A DNA stretch of 63,981 nt, the filler included, from Octopus bimaculoides (Eukaryota), in the NCBI RefSeq assembly GCF_001194135.2. It is 5 parts of 5 records of this genome, joined end to end, with 100 filler letters (N's around TTAATTAATTAA, not from the genome) between each part and the next. Parts side by side here need not be neighbours in the genome. Positions count along the whole stretch, not along the records: positions 17,094 to 39,989 come from NC_069000.1; positions 40,090 to 56,379 come from NC_068999.1; 3 more parts are not named here. The stretch is one strand, 5' to 3'. Below, piece after piece: positions 36,812-49,873 of this stretch; position 1 is the first letter of the stretch, and each line of letters begins with the position of its first letter. The position numbers and the translations under genes are program-made. The notes under the pieces are model-generated. The model saw only the letters and a program-made list of their open reading frames with translations. It was not told the origin of the DNA and searched no databases.

Positions 36812-37050
36812 GTAAATACAAAGTTTTCTTTTTCTTTTTTTTTATAGTCCATTTATCAGAACAGGTAAAACACTGACTTTCTGGACACTGATGGTCTGGC
36901 ACTTCCTATAATTTGCAGTAATTTACAAGCAGGAACTTCAAATTCCCACAGCCACCACACTAGTTTACTGGTATTCCACACAGGCTAGTTGCCTTGCACA
37001 GTAGAGTATTAATAAAACTGTATCATTTATACTAATGTAGAGGACCTGTA

Positions 37051-37300
37051 GTGGAGGTGCGTGGCTTAGTGCTTAGGGTGTTGGACTCTGATTGCAAGAT
37101 TGTGGTTTTGATTCCTGGACCAAGTTTTGTGTTGTGTTCTTGAGCAAAACACTTCATTTCATGTTGCTCCAGTCCACTCAGCTGGTAAAAATGAGTAATC
37201 CTGTGACAGACTGGTGTCCTGTTCCTGGTGGAGAACATATACACCATGGAAACCTGGAAATCAGTTCTATGATTCTACATGACTCGGGGAGGAACTTCAC
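37051..37300 (+). mobile_element. SINE family C
   Basis: tRNA head and CORE-like segment; inverted relative to 30748-30990. Confidence 0.8.
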
Positions 37301-37551
37301 TTTTTTTACTACAAAATCTGTATTTCATTGAATTATTTAAGTGAGTTTAATATTTGTTTAATTTAGGGTTGACCCAGGTGACCACCTCTGGTTCGGAAAA
37401 ATCAGTAATCTAGAAAGACTTTGGAACCAAAGGCTTGGGTTCCAGAAAATCCATGTTGTACTTGTACAACAATTAATCTTAATCTGGAAAAGCATATTTG
37501 ATATTGTTATTTTGCTATAAAATGGCATTATACTTAATTCCATTATTTATA

Positions 37552-37767
37552 CAAGGGTGTGCTGAAAAATTCCTGGCTTTGGGTAAGCAAAAATACAGGC
37601 AGATCAGTTAAATATGATTTTATTGAACATATTGCCCCTCTCATATTCTCACTTATTGGAGTGGTCTTTCCATTTTTCTAAGCCCTGTAAAAGAACTTGG
37701 AAGGTTGGACCTCCAACCAGGCCTTTTACGAAACACTCAAAGCCAGGAACTTTTCAGTACTCCCTCA
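37552..37767. mobile_element. Mariner-type MITE with TA TSD
   Basis: TA|CAAGGGTGTGCTGAAAAATTCCTGGCTTTG ... CAAAGCCAGGAACTTTTCAGTACTCCCTCA|TA. Confidence 0.85.
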
Positions 37768-37999
37768 TATTTGTGAGAATGAGTAAAGTATTCTGTATGA
37801 GAAATTAAGTATTCTTGTAATATTTAACCAAAACAAAATAGGTAAAGTAAAATGAAATAGATAAAGGCTGTTAGATAGAAAGCTCTGAGGTAAAAAAATA
37901 CCTTTTCAATTCCTGTTTCTATATTTATATTATGAAAGTTTTGTTATTTTTTTTTTTAACCAGATGAATGTAAATATTTTTTTTATTCCTATCTTTCAG

Positions 38000-39154
38000 G
38001 ATTTGGTTTAGGTCTCATTTATCTACCTTCTATTGTAAGTGTTGGCTACTATTTTGACAGAAAACGAGCAATTGCTACTGGCATTGCCGTGTGTGGTTCT
38101 GGAGTTGGCACTTTCATATTTGCTCCTCTCGGAGGTTATTTGCTTGAACAATATGATTGGAAAAACTCTTTGTATATTGTTGCTGGTCTCATCCTAAATG
38201 GTGCTGTGTGTGCAATGTTAATGAGACCACTTGAAGTTCCGCGGAAGAAAGGTTTAAAGAAAAATGTACCCCCACGGGAAAAAAATATGATTGACAGAAT
38301 CAAAGAACAGACAAAACGAACTCGATTAGATTCTGAGCCGAGTATAGTCGATGATGTTAAAACTATTGATGCAACAAATAGTTTATTTCAGAAAGTACAA
38401 TTAGCAAAACTCCAGCGTGAGAACCAACTGAATGAAGATGAGTCCGAATTAGGTTCATTGCCAAGTACTATATTTTTAAAACGCCAAGACAGTGAACAGA
38501 CACGACCCAAAAAACTTTCCTTGTCTGATCGAGGTGATACATTTAGTAAATCAAGTACGCCAACTGACCTGCCAAAAATTGTTGTCCACGATCCTGTATC
38601 AAAGTCACCATCTCCTGACTCAGAAACTTCAGTTGCAAATGAAACTTCTCAGAACCCCCAAGAGAACACTGCCAGTTCCACACGATCTCTAAAGAAACAA
38701 GACTCAGAAACGACTAACTCCACCAAATCACATTCAAAACGAAAGTCATCACAGAAAAGAAGAGAATCTGATGAAGTAAGTGTGACACCTTCTATCAGTA
38801 CTCCTGTAACTCCCGTGACACCAGAGGATTGTGTTATTAATCCAGAGCAGTTTACAGACCTGAATAGCAGTAGCCAATCAAAGCGTCACAGTACCTCCAA
38901 CAGACTTGCCATAGCTAGTTTACCAAATGGACTTCAGGCTGATACCAAGGATCCTAGTAGGCCCCTCCTCGGAGATGTCCACAAGAATCTTGTTATGAAG
39001 CAGAACAGAGATGGAACGAAGGAGTATTGGCACCGCTCATCTGAATTTGCCGGTAAGTTCCGTGGTCGCCGCTCCAGTGAACAACCTTGTAAATCAGAAA
39101 GAAGACCTAGTGAATTCATGCTAAGATTCCAGCGCCGCTTCAGTGAATATCCAG
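38000..39154 (+). CDS. SLC16A/MCT family transporter, coding exon 3 (TM4-6 and long central cytoplasmic loop)
   Basis: Acceptor TTCCTATCTTTCAG (AG 37998-37999). Reads GFGLGLIYLPSIVSVGYYFDRKRAIATGIAVCGSGVGTFIFAPL...DWKNSLYIVAGLILNGAVCAMLMRPL, containing the SLC16 YFxxxR motif, then a Ser/Thr/charged loop. Donor CAG|GTAAGA at 39155; an alternative donor lies at 39053. 1155 nt, phase 1-1. The CDS is incomplete at the 3' end. Confidence 0.93.
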
Positions 39155-39989
39155 GTAAGAAAATATTCTCTATTACTTTTCATTATTCTACACTCATTTG
39201 CATAAAAATGCCTGACTGATATCTGTTTTAAGCAGATGTATTTCACTATATTTTTTTTCTGTTGAGCTGAAGAATCCTTTTCATTGATATATATTCTTTG
39301 TTTTATACAATCCTTGTGACATGAGACAAGAATTTTGATGAAATTAGTATGTTATGCTTTTATATTATCTTCTCTCCAAATTATTTCTTCTTCTAATATG
39401 CAAATGTGTAGATATACCTCTATGTTTTACATAAGTCTTCATTTCTACTCTTTTTAGTTCATGTATGTCTTTTGTAGTGTCTTCACTTCATAAAATTCCT
39501 ACTTTCCTCAATTCTTTCTCGATTAAATTTAAAATATAATCTTATGATTAAATATCCTCATTAAAATTGACACAATTTTGTCTTTAAACTTAACCTTCTT
39601 ATCACCTTTTGGACATTTATGATAAAACTTTTTCAGAAGTATTTCATGCTATTATTCCCCAATTCAGCAAGGATCAAAATGATATCAAATACGATACAAA
39701 ATAGTAAAATGAATATTATTGTTTTTAAAAACGAAGTACAGAGAAGCTCGCCATTGTTGCACATATATACCATCTATATTTTTTACCTGCATAAAACATA
39801 AATTTTATCAGTTTTTTTAATGTATTACTTCATATTTTCATCTTGTTTTTGTTTTCATTAAATATATTTTACCATTTAAACAATAGAATATATTTGATAT
39901 AGATATATTTAATGAAGATAATAAAGTTTACACAATAACAATAAATTCTGAGGATATCATATTCCCCTAACAATAAATTTAGAGGAAAT

Positions 39990-40089
39990 NNNNNNNNNNN
40001 NNNNNNNNNNNNNNNNNNNNNNNNNNNNNNNNNTTAATTAATTAANNNNNNNNNNNNNNNNNNNNNNNNNNNNNNNNNNNNNNNNNNNN
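39990..40089. other. Synthetic scaffold-join linker
   Basis: 44 N + TTAATTAATTAA (40034-40045) + 44 N. Confidence 0.95.
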
Positions 40090-40339
40090 ATATATATATA
40101 CATGTATGCATGTACGAAATTCCAATTTATATACCCTGACGGGTATATGAATGTTTTACTCAGTGGTAAATTTGTGTCCATATATATTTCTTTTATTTTC
40201 TAATAAAGGTGAATCATATTTAGCAACTTCAATACTTTTTCTCACATTTATATAACGAACATACAAATAGAAATTCACAAGCTCAAACACACGCTCACAC
40301 ACATGCGCATACGTTAATACCACAACTACGTACACACGC

Positions 40340-40383
<44 letters not shown>

Positions 40384-40591
40384 GCATGTATGTATACCAC
40401 CTGGCAGGCTCAGTGTGATAACAGGCACATTGCAGTTAGCGAATGCGTAAATAAGTAAGTACTGCACCCTACGGTCTATGGCATGGAGGGTAAAAGAGAG
40501 ACAATTGTTCTAATATCAGAAAGACACATACACACACAAATACAGACACAGCCAAATAGACATACACGCGCACACACACTCGCACACACTG

Positions 40592-40623
<32 letters not shown>

Positions 40624-41974
40624 ACACACACACGCATTCACATGAGCAGAAGCAGACACACACTCACGCAAAGTGCCCGTCAGATATGCTACAAGTATGT
40701 AACTCCAGATTTATACGTATACACGAATGCAACCAGAGAAATGCACCTAGCTGTGCACAAATACATATGTGATTGTGTGCGTGTGTGTGTGTGCGTGTGT
40801 GTGTGTGTGTGTTTGTGTGTCTCTGCATGTGTGTGTGTGTATGTACGGATATATATGCTTATATACATGTACAAGATTATATAATTATATATATATATAT
40901 ACACATATATATATATANNNNNNNNNNNNNNNNNNNNNNNNNNNNNNNNNNNNNNNNNNNNNNNNNNNNNNNNNNNNNNNNNNNNNNNNNNNNNNNNNNN
41001 NNNNNNNNNNNNNNNNNNNNNNNNNNNNNNNNNNNNNNNNNNNNNNNNNNNNNNNNNNNNNNNNNNNNNNNNNNNNNNNNNNNNNNNNNNNNNNNNNNNN
41101 NNNNNNNNNNNNNNNNNNNNNNNNNNNNNNNNNNNNNNNNNNNNNNNNNNNNNNNNNNNNNNNNNNNNNNNNNNNNNNNNNNNNNNNNNNNNNNNNNNNN
41201 NNNNNNNNNNNNNNNNNNNNNNNNNNNNNNNNNNNNNNNNNNNNNNNNNNNNNNNNNNNNNNNNNNNNNNNNNNNNNNNNNNNNNNNNNNNNNNNNNNNN
41301 NNNNNNNNNNNNNNNNNNNNNNNNNNNNNNNNNNNNNNNNNNNNNNNNNNNNNNNNNNNNNNNNNNNNNNNNNNNNNNNNNNNNNNNNNNNNNNNNNNNN
41401 NNNNNNNNNNNNNNNNNNNNNNNNNNNNNNNNNNNNNNNNNNNNNNNNNNNNNNNNNNNNNNNNNNNNNNNNNNNNNNNNNNNNNNNNNNNNNNNNNNNN
41501 NNNNNNNNNNNNNNNNNNNNNNNNNNNNNNNNNNNNNNNNNNNNNNNNNNNNNNNNNNNNNNNNNNNNNNNNNNNNNNNNNNNNNNNNNNNNNNNNNNNN
41601 NNNNNNNNNNNNNNNNNNNNNNNNNNNNNNNNNNNNNNNNNNNNNNNNNNNNNNNNNNNNNNNNNNNNNNNNNNNNNNNNNNNNNNNNNNNNNNNNNNNN
41701 NNNNNNNNNNNNNNNNNNNNNNNNNNNNNNNNNNNNNNNNNNNNNNNNNNNNNNNNNNNNNNNNNNNNNNNNNNNNNNNNNNNNNNNNNNNNNNNNNNNN
41801 TATAAAAATAATAACAGTGATAACAGTAATAATAATGAAAATAATAATAATAATAATTGTTATTATGGTTATTATCAACGTTATTTTTTTATTATTATTA
41901 TTATTATCATTATTATTATTATTATTATTATTGTTGTTGTTATTATTATTATTGTCATTATTATTATTAATATT

Positions 41975-42115
41975 AAACCGGCCAGCTGGCTGAAATTTTA
42001 GCACGCCAGGCCAAATGCTTAGCGATATTTCGTCTGCCATTACGTTCTGAGTTCAAATTCTGTCGATGTTGACCTTGGCTTTCATCCTTTCGGGGTCGAT
42101 AAATTAAGTACCAGG
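41975..42115 (+). mobile_element. SINE family B (5' part)
   Basis: CpGs largely intact; follows an (ATT)n tract. Confidence 0.8.
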
Positions 42116-43146
42116 TATGTGTGTGTATGTATATGTGAGTATATATATATATATGTATATATATATACATATTTGTGCGTGTGTGTGTGTGTGTGTGTGT
42201 ATGCATGTATATATGTATGTATATACATATATACGTTAACTATAAATATATTTGTACAAACGCACACACACACATATCGTTGCTATTATTAAAAGTGTCG
42301 TAAGTCCAAATCGTTGCTTTTTCAGAAAATGAAAAAATAGTCCCACCATTCGATTTCTTTTTACATTAGCAACAGTCTCATCTCAACAATAATACTTTGT
42401 TGGGTGCGTAAAATCGTAACTCCATGCATGTATGATATTTTCAGTCAGAAGTATTTTTGCAAAACTGTCGTATGCGAAACTTTTTGACCAAAATTGACCA
42501 AAATTGAATATGGAAGAAAAAATAAACGCATTTGCCCAATTTTGGACAAGCGACAGTTTAACATAATAACAATGATATATATATATATATATATCTCCAT
42601 AGTTAACTTCATAAGAACCTATAAGCTATCGACAGCGTGGATTTTTTTTCTGTTTTTGGAACGGAGAATATGGAAGCACAGAAAGCTATAAATAATAGGT
42701 TGAAGAACCTCTTCGAGTTGAAATGGTCGAAGTCCCTGTTGGGACTTGAACCCATATTTCCCGCAGATATGATGGGTGTTTAACACTGGACTAAAGCAAT
42801 TCTCGTTATTCCTCCATCTGTTTCGAAAACTTCATTCTTACCAGTGAAAACTGTATGTTGTGGACATCTTAAGATAACACAAACTTTCGAGAGAACGTGA
42901 GATAATTCTACTTTGGAACTGTGGATCGCGAAGCACATAAATTCATAAATAATATCATGAAATATTAGATTGAAAAACCACTTTAAATGAAAAAAGCCAA
43001 AGGCTGCTCGTAGGACCCAAATCTCCTTTTGCACATTGGAGAAGTTGCGCATGTACAAGAACAACTTCAATTAATAAAAACGAATTAAGGTTATACAGTT
43101 CTATATTTAAGAAATGAGGGATTATGTACATTATTTATAGTATTTT

Positions 43147-43350
43147 CATTTGACGGATATTTGTCCTCACCTTGTCTGTTGTTAACACAACCTTTCGGCT
43201 GATATACTCTCCAGCCTTCATCGAAAAATACCTTAGAAATGAGAACTCAGGTTCGAAATTTCCCCAAGACACCTGATGAAGACTGGTGGGTATATCAGCT
43301 GAAACGTTGTGTTAACAACAAACAAGATGAGGACAAATATCCGTCAAATG
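43147..43350. mobile_element. Hairpin element, 76-bp arms, Penelope-like terminal motif
   Basis: 43147-43222 is the reverse complement of 43275-43350; the right arm carries CTGATGAAG...CTGAAACGTTG. Confidence 0.75.
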
Positions 43351-44139
43351 CAAATAATGTAAATAATGTAGAATAAGGTTATATTTTGCTCCCGCGTTTT
43401 TCACCGACATTTTTCATTTTAGTAAGATATAACTTCTCACGACTTACACGATGTGTAAATATACTAAAGAAGAAATACGATTGTGTCACATTTATATGTA
43501 TGTTTATCGTGACTGCTAACTAAATACATTTATTCCGTTTTAACACCAGTCATATATTTTATTACATTACGTAAATACATACAAAACAACAGAAAAATCT
43601 CAGAAATCATGTAAATATCTGAAGATTTATTTGATAAATTGGATAAAAAAAAATGTGAAAAATACGAAGACAAATACGTTCATTTTATTGCAAAATGTTA
43701 ACGACGCAAGGAGAGATTTTATGATATAAGCAATTTCCTGTCTCTCCTTTCATTTCATCACGCCAGAAAAAAATACTAAAATCTAAGACTCAGATATATT
43801 TCCTCGCGATTGCCAAATATTCTTATAAATTTCCTTTTCTGGCCATTCCACAAAGATGCAACATTCTCCGTTGTTTTCTAACAGAGAAATCCGAGACCTT
43901 AACGCCTATACAATCATGTTTAACAGGTTCGTGTTCAATCTGGCAAGGGAAGAGCTTTCCATACGGAATTAGACTTCGGAGAAAGCTCTCCCACCATCGA
44001 CACTACGTGTAAAGAACACATCATTACGCCATCATTGACGTCAACAGATTGTGGAAATCATTTGTTTCTGGAACTACAGATACCGAATCAGTCATTCACA
44101 GACCCTTAAGGACTGCATATAATAGCTTCAGTTTTGACA

Positions 44140-45050
44140 CAAAGCTGGCAATTTTCATGTAGGTGGTCAATCGATTAAATTCCACCCTACTACTTAATCT
44201 GCATCATATTTTATCGACGGCGAGATGGCAGAATCGGTAGCACACCGGGCGAAATGTTCTGCGGTATTTCGTCTGCCACTACGTTCTGAGTTCAAATTCA
44301 GCCGAAGTCGACTTCGTCTTTCATCCTTTCAGGGTCGAGAAGAAGCAATTGAGTACTACGGACAATCTAATCGACTATTTCCCTTCCCCAAATTTCAGGC
44401 CTTGTGCTTATAGTAGAAAAGGTCATATTTTATCGACCACGAAGGGTTAACGGCAAAGGCAACCCCGGTGGAATTTGAACTCAGAACGTAATGAGATGGA
44501 AGAAATGCCGTTAAGCATTTACCCTGATTCTACCCGATCACCCCCTTGTGTAGACTTCATTACCTGAATGTTGCTTTTTTTGTTTCGACCCAGAAAGAAT
44601 GAAATCAAAGTTGGCTTCGGTGGGATTTGAGCTGATAGTAATTTTTGTTTCTAATAGAAGGAACTGAAGGCTTGGCATTTGTAGGGGAGAACAAGTCAAG
44701 TACGTCGACCTCAGTGCTCAACTGGTATTTATTGAAAGAATGGTATGCAAAGTCGACCTCAGCATAATTTTAACTCAGAATTCAAAAAAGCCAGGAAAAA
44801 GTCTGATGCAATAACGGTTCTGCTAGCTAGCTAACCTTAAGAACGACAAACAATCCATTCTAGGGAAAGGGACTTGTAGATTACATCGATCCCAATACAT
44901 AACTGGTACTTATTTTATCGACCCTAAGAGGATGAACGGCAAGGTCGACCTTGAAGGAATTTGAACTCAGGAATTAGAGGCAGACAAAATAGTTCTAAAC
45001 ATTTTGCCCTCTGTGCTAATCCTACTGCCTGTTCGCCTCCGAACAGCAGG
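44140..45050. mobile_element. Dense cluster of SINE family B fragments in both orientations
   Basis: At least five cores (TTTTATCGAC.../GAGTTCAAATTC) within about 900 bp. Confidence 0.75.
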
Positions 45051-45766
45051 CAATAAAGATGATAACAAATTCGCAGGCTGTTTTGAAAGGCAGAGAAAAT
45101 ACGGATAAAACCAAATAAAAATGCCAAAAGAAATAATGTTAGAGGTAGGGTGTGTTTTACTTTATACTTTTAGATATTTACTAATTCGTTCCGTTAATTC
45201 AGAGAATCCAAGACACAATTTTTACGTTCCTCAGTATTACTGATGTCCAATTTTTAATTACTTGGCGTTCATATTAATTTTAAAATAAATATCATTATTA
45301 TGTTTTGATTTATTTTCAAAGAAAAAGCTGGTATCAAAAATTTTATATATATATACAACCAGCAAAATGACATAAAATGAAATAAGCTAAGAAAGAAATA
45401 TAAAATATTAAAACAAGGTGAAAAACGTTATTTATAAGTACAATAGTTATGGCGTTCAGTTTATGGCAGCGTTCACGTGACACTTTTGTTTGGTGTAGTT
45501 ATGTCGTCAGTTCAATTTCTGACAGTGGCCACGTGACACTTTTGTTTATACAATAGTAACAAAGAGTTGTATGATTAAAAACCCCGTTTTGTTATTTTTT
45601 ATTCCTCTATCTTTTTATTTGCTTTCTTTTTTAATGCAGCCCATTTTCACCAAGGAACTGATAAGAAAGAGTGGGACAAACGAAACAAGATATATATATA
45701 CATACATGTGTGTGCATGTGTGATTGTGTGTGTGTGGAGAGAGAGGGAGAGAGAGAGAGAGAGAGG

Positions 45767-45812
<46 letters not shown>

Positions 45813-46082
45813 NNNNNNNNNNNNNNNNNNNNNNNNNNNNNNNNNNNNNNNNNNNNNNNNNNNNNNNNNNNNTAATTTCTATTTTGCAGAATTTTGCTCC
45901 AGTGTGTGAAATGCTACCCGCTTCTTTTCTTCACGGACGAAAACTAATAAAATAACGGGAATAAATAACAATAGTCAAGCGTATGTATACACTCATGCAT
46001 ACACACATGCATACATACATACATACATACATACATACATGAATACATACATACATACATAAATACACACATACAAAAATAC

Positions 46083-46117
<35 letters not shown>

Positions 46118-46446
46118 AAACCGTTAAGGTGGTTGTGTACACCGAGTGAGAGAGGGGGGAAGAGATAAAAAGTGAGAGAGCGAAGAGAGAAAGGTAAATA
46201 TAGAGAGGAGTAGAGAGTAGGCGAAAGATGTCATTGTATTGTTACAATAAAAGCTCGGATGGTTTCAAAATGGAAAATGAGAACAACAAAAAAAAAAAAG
46301 AAAAGAAAAGAGAATCAATTACGAGAGAAGCCCGCTGTTGCTTAGTTTCCCACCTGAGCCCAGTTTCAACAAAGCTAAAACGAAAGGCATTCCTGCTAGG
46401 TCCATCCCATGCATTTCTCAGGCTAATATGGATGTATATATATATT

Positions 46447-46755
46447 TGTTGGCACTCCGTCGCTTACGACGTCGAGGGTTCCAGTTGATCCGATCAACGG
46501 AACAGCCTGCTCGTGAAATTAACGTGCAAGTGGCTGAGCACTCCACAGACATGTGTACCCTTAATGTAGTTCTGGGAGATATTCAGTGTGACACAGTGTG
46601 ACAAGGCTGACCCTTTGAATTACAGGCACAACAGAAACAGGAAGTAAGAGTGAGAGAAAGTTGTAGTGGAAGAGTACATCAGGGTTTCGCCACCGGAGCC
46701 TCGTGGAGCTTTAGGTGTTTTCACTCAATAAACACTCACAACGCCGGGTCTGAGA
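46447..46755 (-). mobile_element. SINE family D (head missing)
   Basis: Reverse complement of 14650-14970 at high identity. Confidence 0.88.
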
Positions 46756-47297
46756 ATATATATATATACACAAACACACACATAGATATATAAGTATAAT
46801 GAAGACTGATAGACAGATGGAATGTTCAGAGATGGAATGTCTACCATTATACTGCTTTTTGATCAGGGATCAGAAGGGAATAGACAATAAGAACGCACTG
46901 CCGTAGCCTGTCCGCTTTCTCCATCATCCACCTCTGAGAGGCTGACAATTTATTTATATGACGCCCATACCGAAAGGATAACTTTTGAGGCGGCCTCGGC
47001 GGGATTTGAACTGAAAATGCAGTGAGCTTAAGTAGACGTCGCAAAGATTTCACTAGCAGATGCTAATGACGCAACCGAATCACCGCCAAAATTATGGTCG
47101 ATTAATACGGAGAATAACACGGTGTATATCGGTAAGAGAAACGTGAAAGAATTTCGGATCTTCATGGATTATGGACTCGTTTTATTCTTCCGCCTCAGGG
47201 GTGTAAACCCAGGTAAAAAAAGGCAATGGAACGACACCTTGGTTCCGACGTATGCATTATGCACTCATCAAAAAACACTTGTGGATTACATTGATCC

Positions 47298-47339
<42 letters not shown>

Positions 47340-47859
47340 GACTCTTTTCGTATATTGCTCGTCTGACTACTACTCTATCTCTCACTCATTATACACTCTA
47401 ACAAATATGTGAGCGCGTGTGCTTCTGGCTGTGTTTGTGTCTGTGTTTCTATGTGTAAGTGAGCAGGTGTGCGTGCGTGCGCAGGTCGAACACAATTATA
47501 CAAGTTTCACTCGCGCCTACGCACAAAAATTCCACAATTACTTATATCTGTGTCACATATCTACAAATATACCAGGTGCCCTGTACTGTACAGGTTTCAA
47601 GATTTGGAAGAAAAAACCCACAGTCTGGCTGGCATGTAGTACGTACATGTGTGTGCGTATGTCTGTTTATAAATATATATATATATATATATGTATNNNN
47701 NNNNNNNNNNNNNNNNNNNNNNNNNNNNNNNNNNNNNNNNNNNNNNNNNNNNNNNNNNNNNNNNNNNNNNNNNNNNNNNNNNNNNNNNNNNNNNNNNNNN
47801 NNNNNNNNNNNNNNNNNNNNNNNNNNNNNNNNNNNNNNNNNNNNNNNNNNNNNNNNNNN

Positions 47860-47908
<49 letters not shown>

Positions 47909-47924
47909 ATGTATGAATGTATAG

Positions 47925-48085
47925 GAGGGGCTGGGTGGTAAGTAGTTTGCTTTCCTACCACATGGTGCCGGGTTGAGTCCCACTTCATGGCAACACGGTA
48001 AAGTGTCTACTTCTATAGCTTCGGGCCGACTAAATCCTTCTGAGTGAATTTGGTAGAGGGAAACTGAAAGAAACCCATCGTATAT
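47925..48085 (+). mobile_element. SINE family A head
   Basis: GGGGCTGGGTGGTAAG...GGTTGAGTCCCAC...GAAACTGAAAGAAACC. Confidence 0.7.
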
Positions 48086-48464
48086 ATATATATATATATA
48101 TATACATTTATACAGACATAACTATACACATATAAAAATATATGTATGTATATATATATACATATATATTATTATACATTATGTTATATTATAATATTAT
48201 TATCATATCTATATATGTGTGCATATACAATCATGCAAATTATATTTGCAGATGGAGGAAAATGTATGTAGATGTGCACATATTGATGCAATATACACAT
48301 AATTATATATGTGAGACTCACAATGGTGTGTGTGTGTTTCGGCAAGGGCGCGAATGCACACGGGCGCGCACACAACGATAGAGAAAGACACAGTTCAGAG
48401 ATATACACATAAAATCATTCAGACCCATAGACGTATACTTACATACATGGCATATACATTTACT

Positions 48465-48514
<50 letters not shown>

Positions 48515-48589
48515 ACCGCATTGGGTGGGTGTTTTATTGTCTAGCATTGTTCACTATCCGCTGAGTGAAGTGATAGGGCGATTGAAAGA

Positions 48590-48763
48590 GAGATAGATAG
48601 ATAGAGAGAGAGAGAGAGGGAGGGGGAGAGAGAGAGNNNNNNNNNNTGTTCACTATCCGCTGAGTGAAGTGATAGGGCGATTGAAAGAGAGATAGATAGA
48701 TAGAGAGAGAGAGAGAGGGAGGGGGAGAGAGAGAGAGAGGGAGAGAGATAAATAGATATATAG

Positions 48764-48806
<43 letters not shown>

Positions 48807-49138
48807 AACAGAGATAGACAGAAAGGACACAGACAGAAAGCGAGAGATAAAGAATGAGAATGCAAGGGATGAGGGGAGACATGTTAGATGAAGAAAGATA
48901 TTAATAGATGGATGGAGAAAGACTAAGAGGGAGTTACAGAGGGAGAGGGAGGTAGGGAGGGAGGTAGAAAGAGAGAAAGAGAGGGAATGAGAGAGAGTGA
49001 GAGAGAGAGAAATATAGGGAGAAATATAGGATGAGGGGTTGGTGATGTTGAATATAGATACAGAGATAAAGAGAATGTGTGTGAGAGAGAGAATCATGGA
49101 AAAGTGAGGGGTAGAGAGGGTGTATGAGCGAGAGTGAT

Positions 49139-49180
<42 letters not shown>

Positions 49181-49820
49181 GAGAGAGAGAGACAGAGACA
49201 GAGAGAGAGAGAGAGAATCATGGAAAAGTGAGAGTGCATGAGCGAGAGAGAGAGAGAGAGAGAGAGATAGAGAGAGAGATAATCATGGAAAAGTGAGGGG
49301 TAGAGAGGGTGTATGAGCGAGAGTGATATAAGAGAGANNNNNNNNNNNNNNNNNNNNNNNNNNNNNNNNNNNNNNNNNNNNNNNNNNNNNNNNNNNNNNN
49401 NNNNNNNNNNNNNNNNNNNNNNNNNNNNNNNNNNNNNNNNNNNNNNNNNNNNNNNNNNNNNNNNNNNNNNNNNNNNNNNNNNNNNNNNNNNNNNNNNNNN
49501 NNNNNNNNNNNNNNNNNNNNNNNNNNNNNNNNNNNNNNNNNNNNNNNNNNNNNNNNNNNNNNNNNNNNNNNNNNNNNNNNNNNNNNNNNNNNNNNNNNNN
49601 NNNNNNNNNNNNNNNNNNNNNNNNNNNNNNNNNNNNNNNNNNNNNNNNNNNNNNNNNNNNNNNNNNNNNNNNNNNNNNNNNNNNNNNNNNNNNNNNNNNN
49701 NNNNNNNNNNNNNNNNNNNNNNNNNNNNNNNNNNNNNNNNNNNNNNNNNNNNNNNNNNNNNNNNNNNNNNNNNNNNNNNNNNNNNNNNNNNNNNNNNNNN
49801 NNNNNNNNNNNNNNNNNNNN

Positions 49821-49870
<50 letters not shown>
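48590..49870 (+). repeat. (GA)n/(TAGA)n purine mosaic with internal block duplications and gaps
   Basis: Direct repeats; the AATCATGGAAAAGTGAG unit recurs three times. Confidence 0.9.

Positions 49871-49873
<3 letters not shown>

Noticed and set aside
39155-39219. ORF read-through giving a 6-TM half-transporter ending ...KMPD*
   Set aside because: It follows a good donor into AT-rich intron-like sequence; intron read-through is the simpler explanation.
40769-42040. ORFs of about 400 aa in the ORF track
   Set aside because: They consist of N runs plus (TG)n/(AAT)n microsatellites and carry no coding signal.
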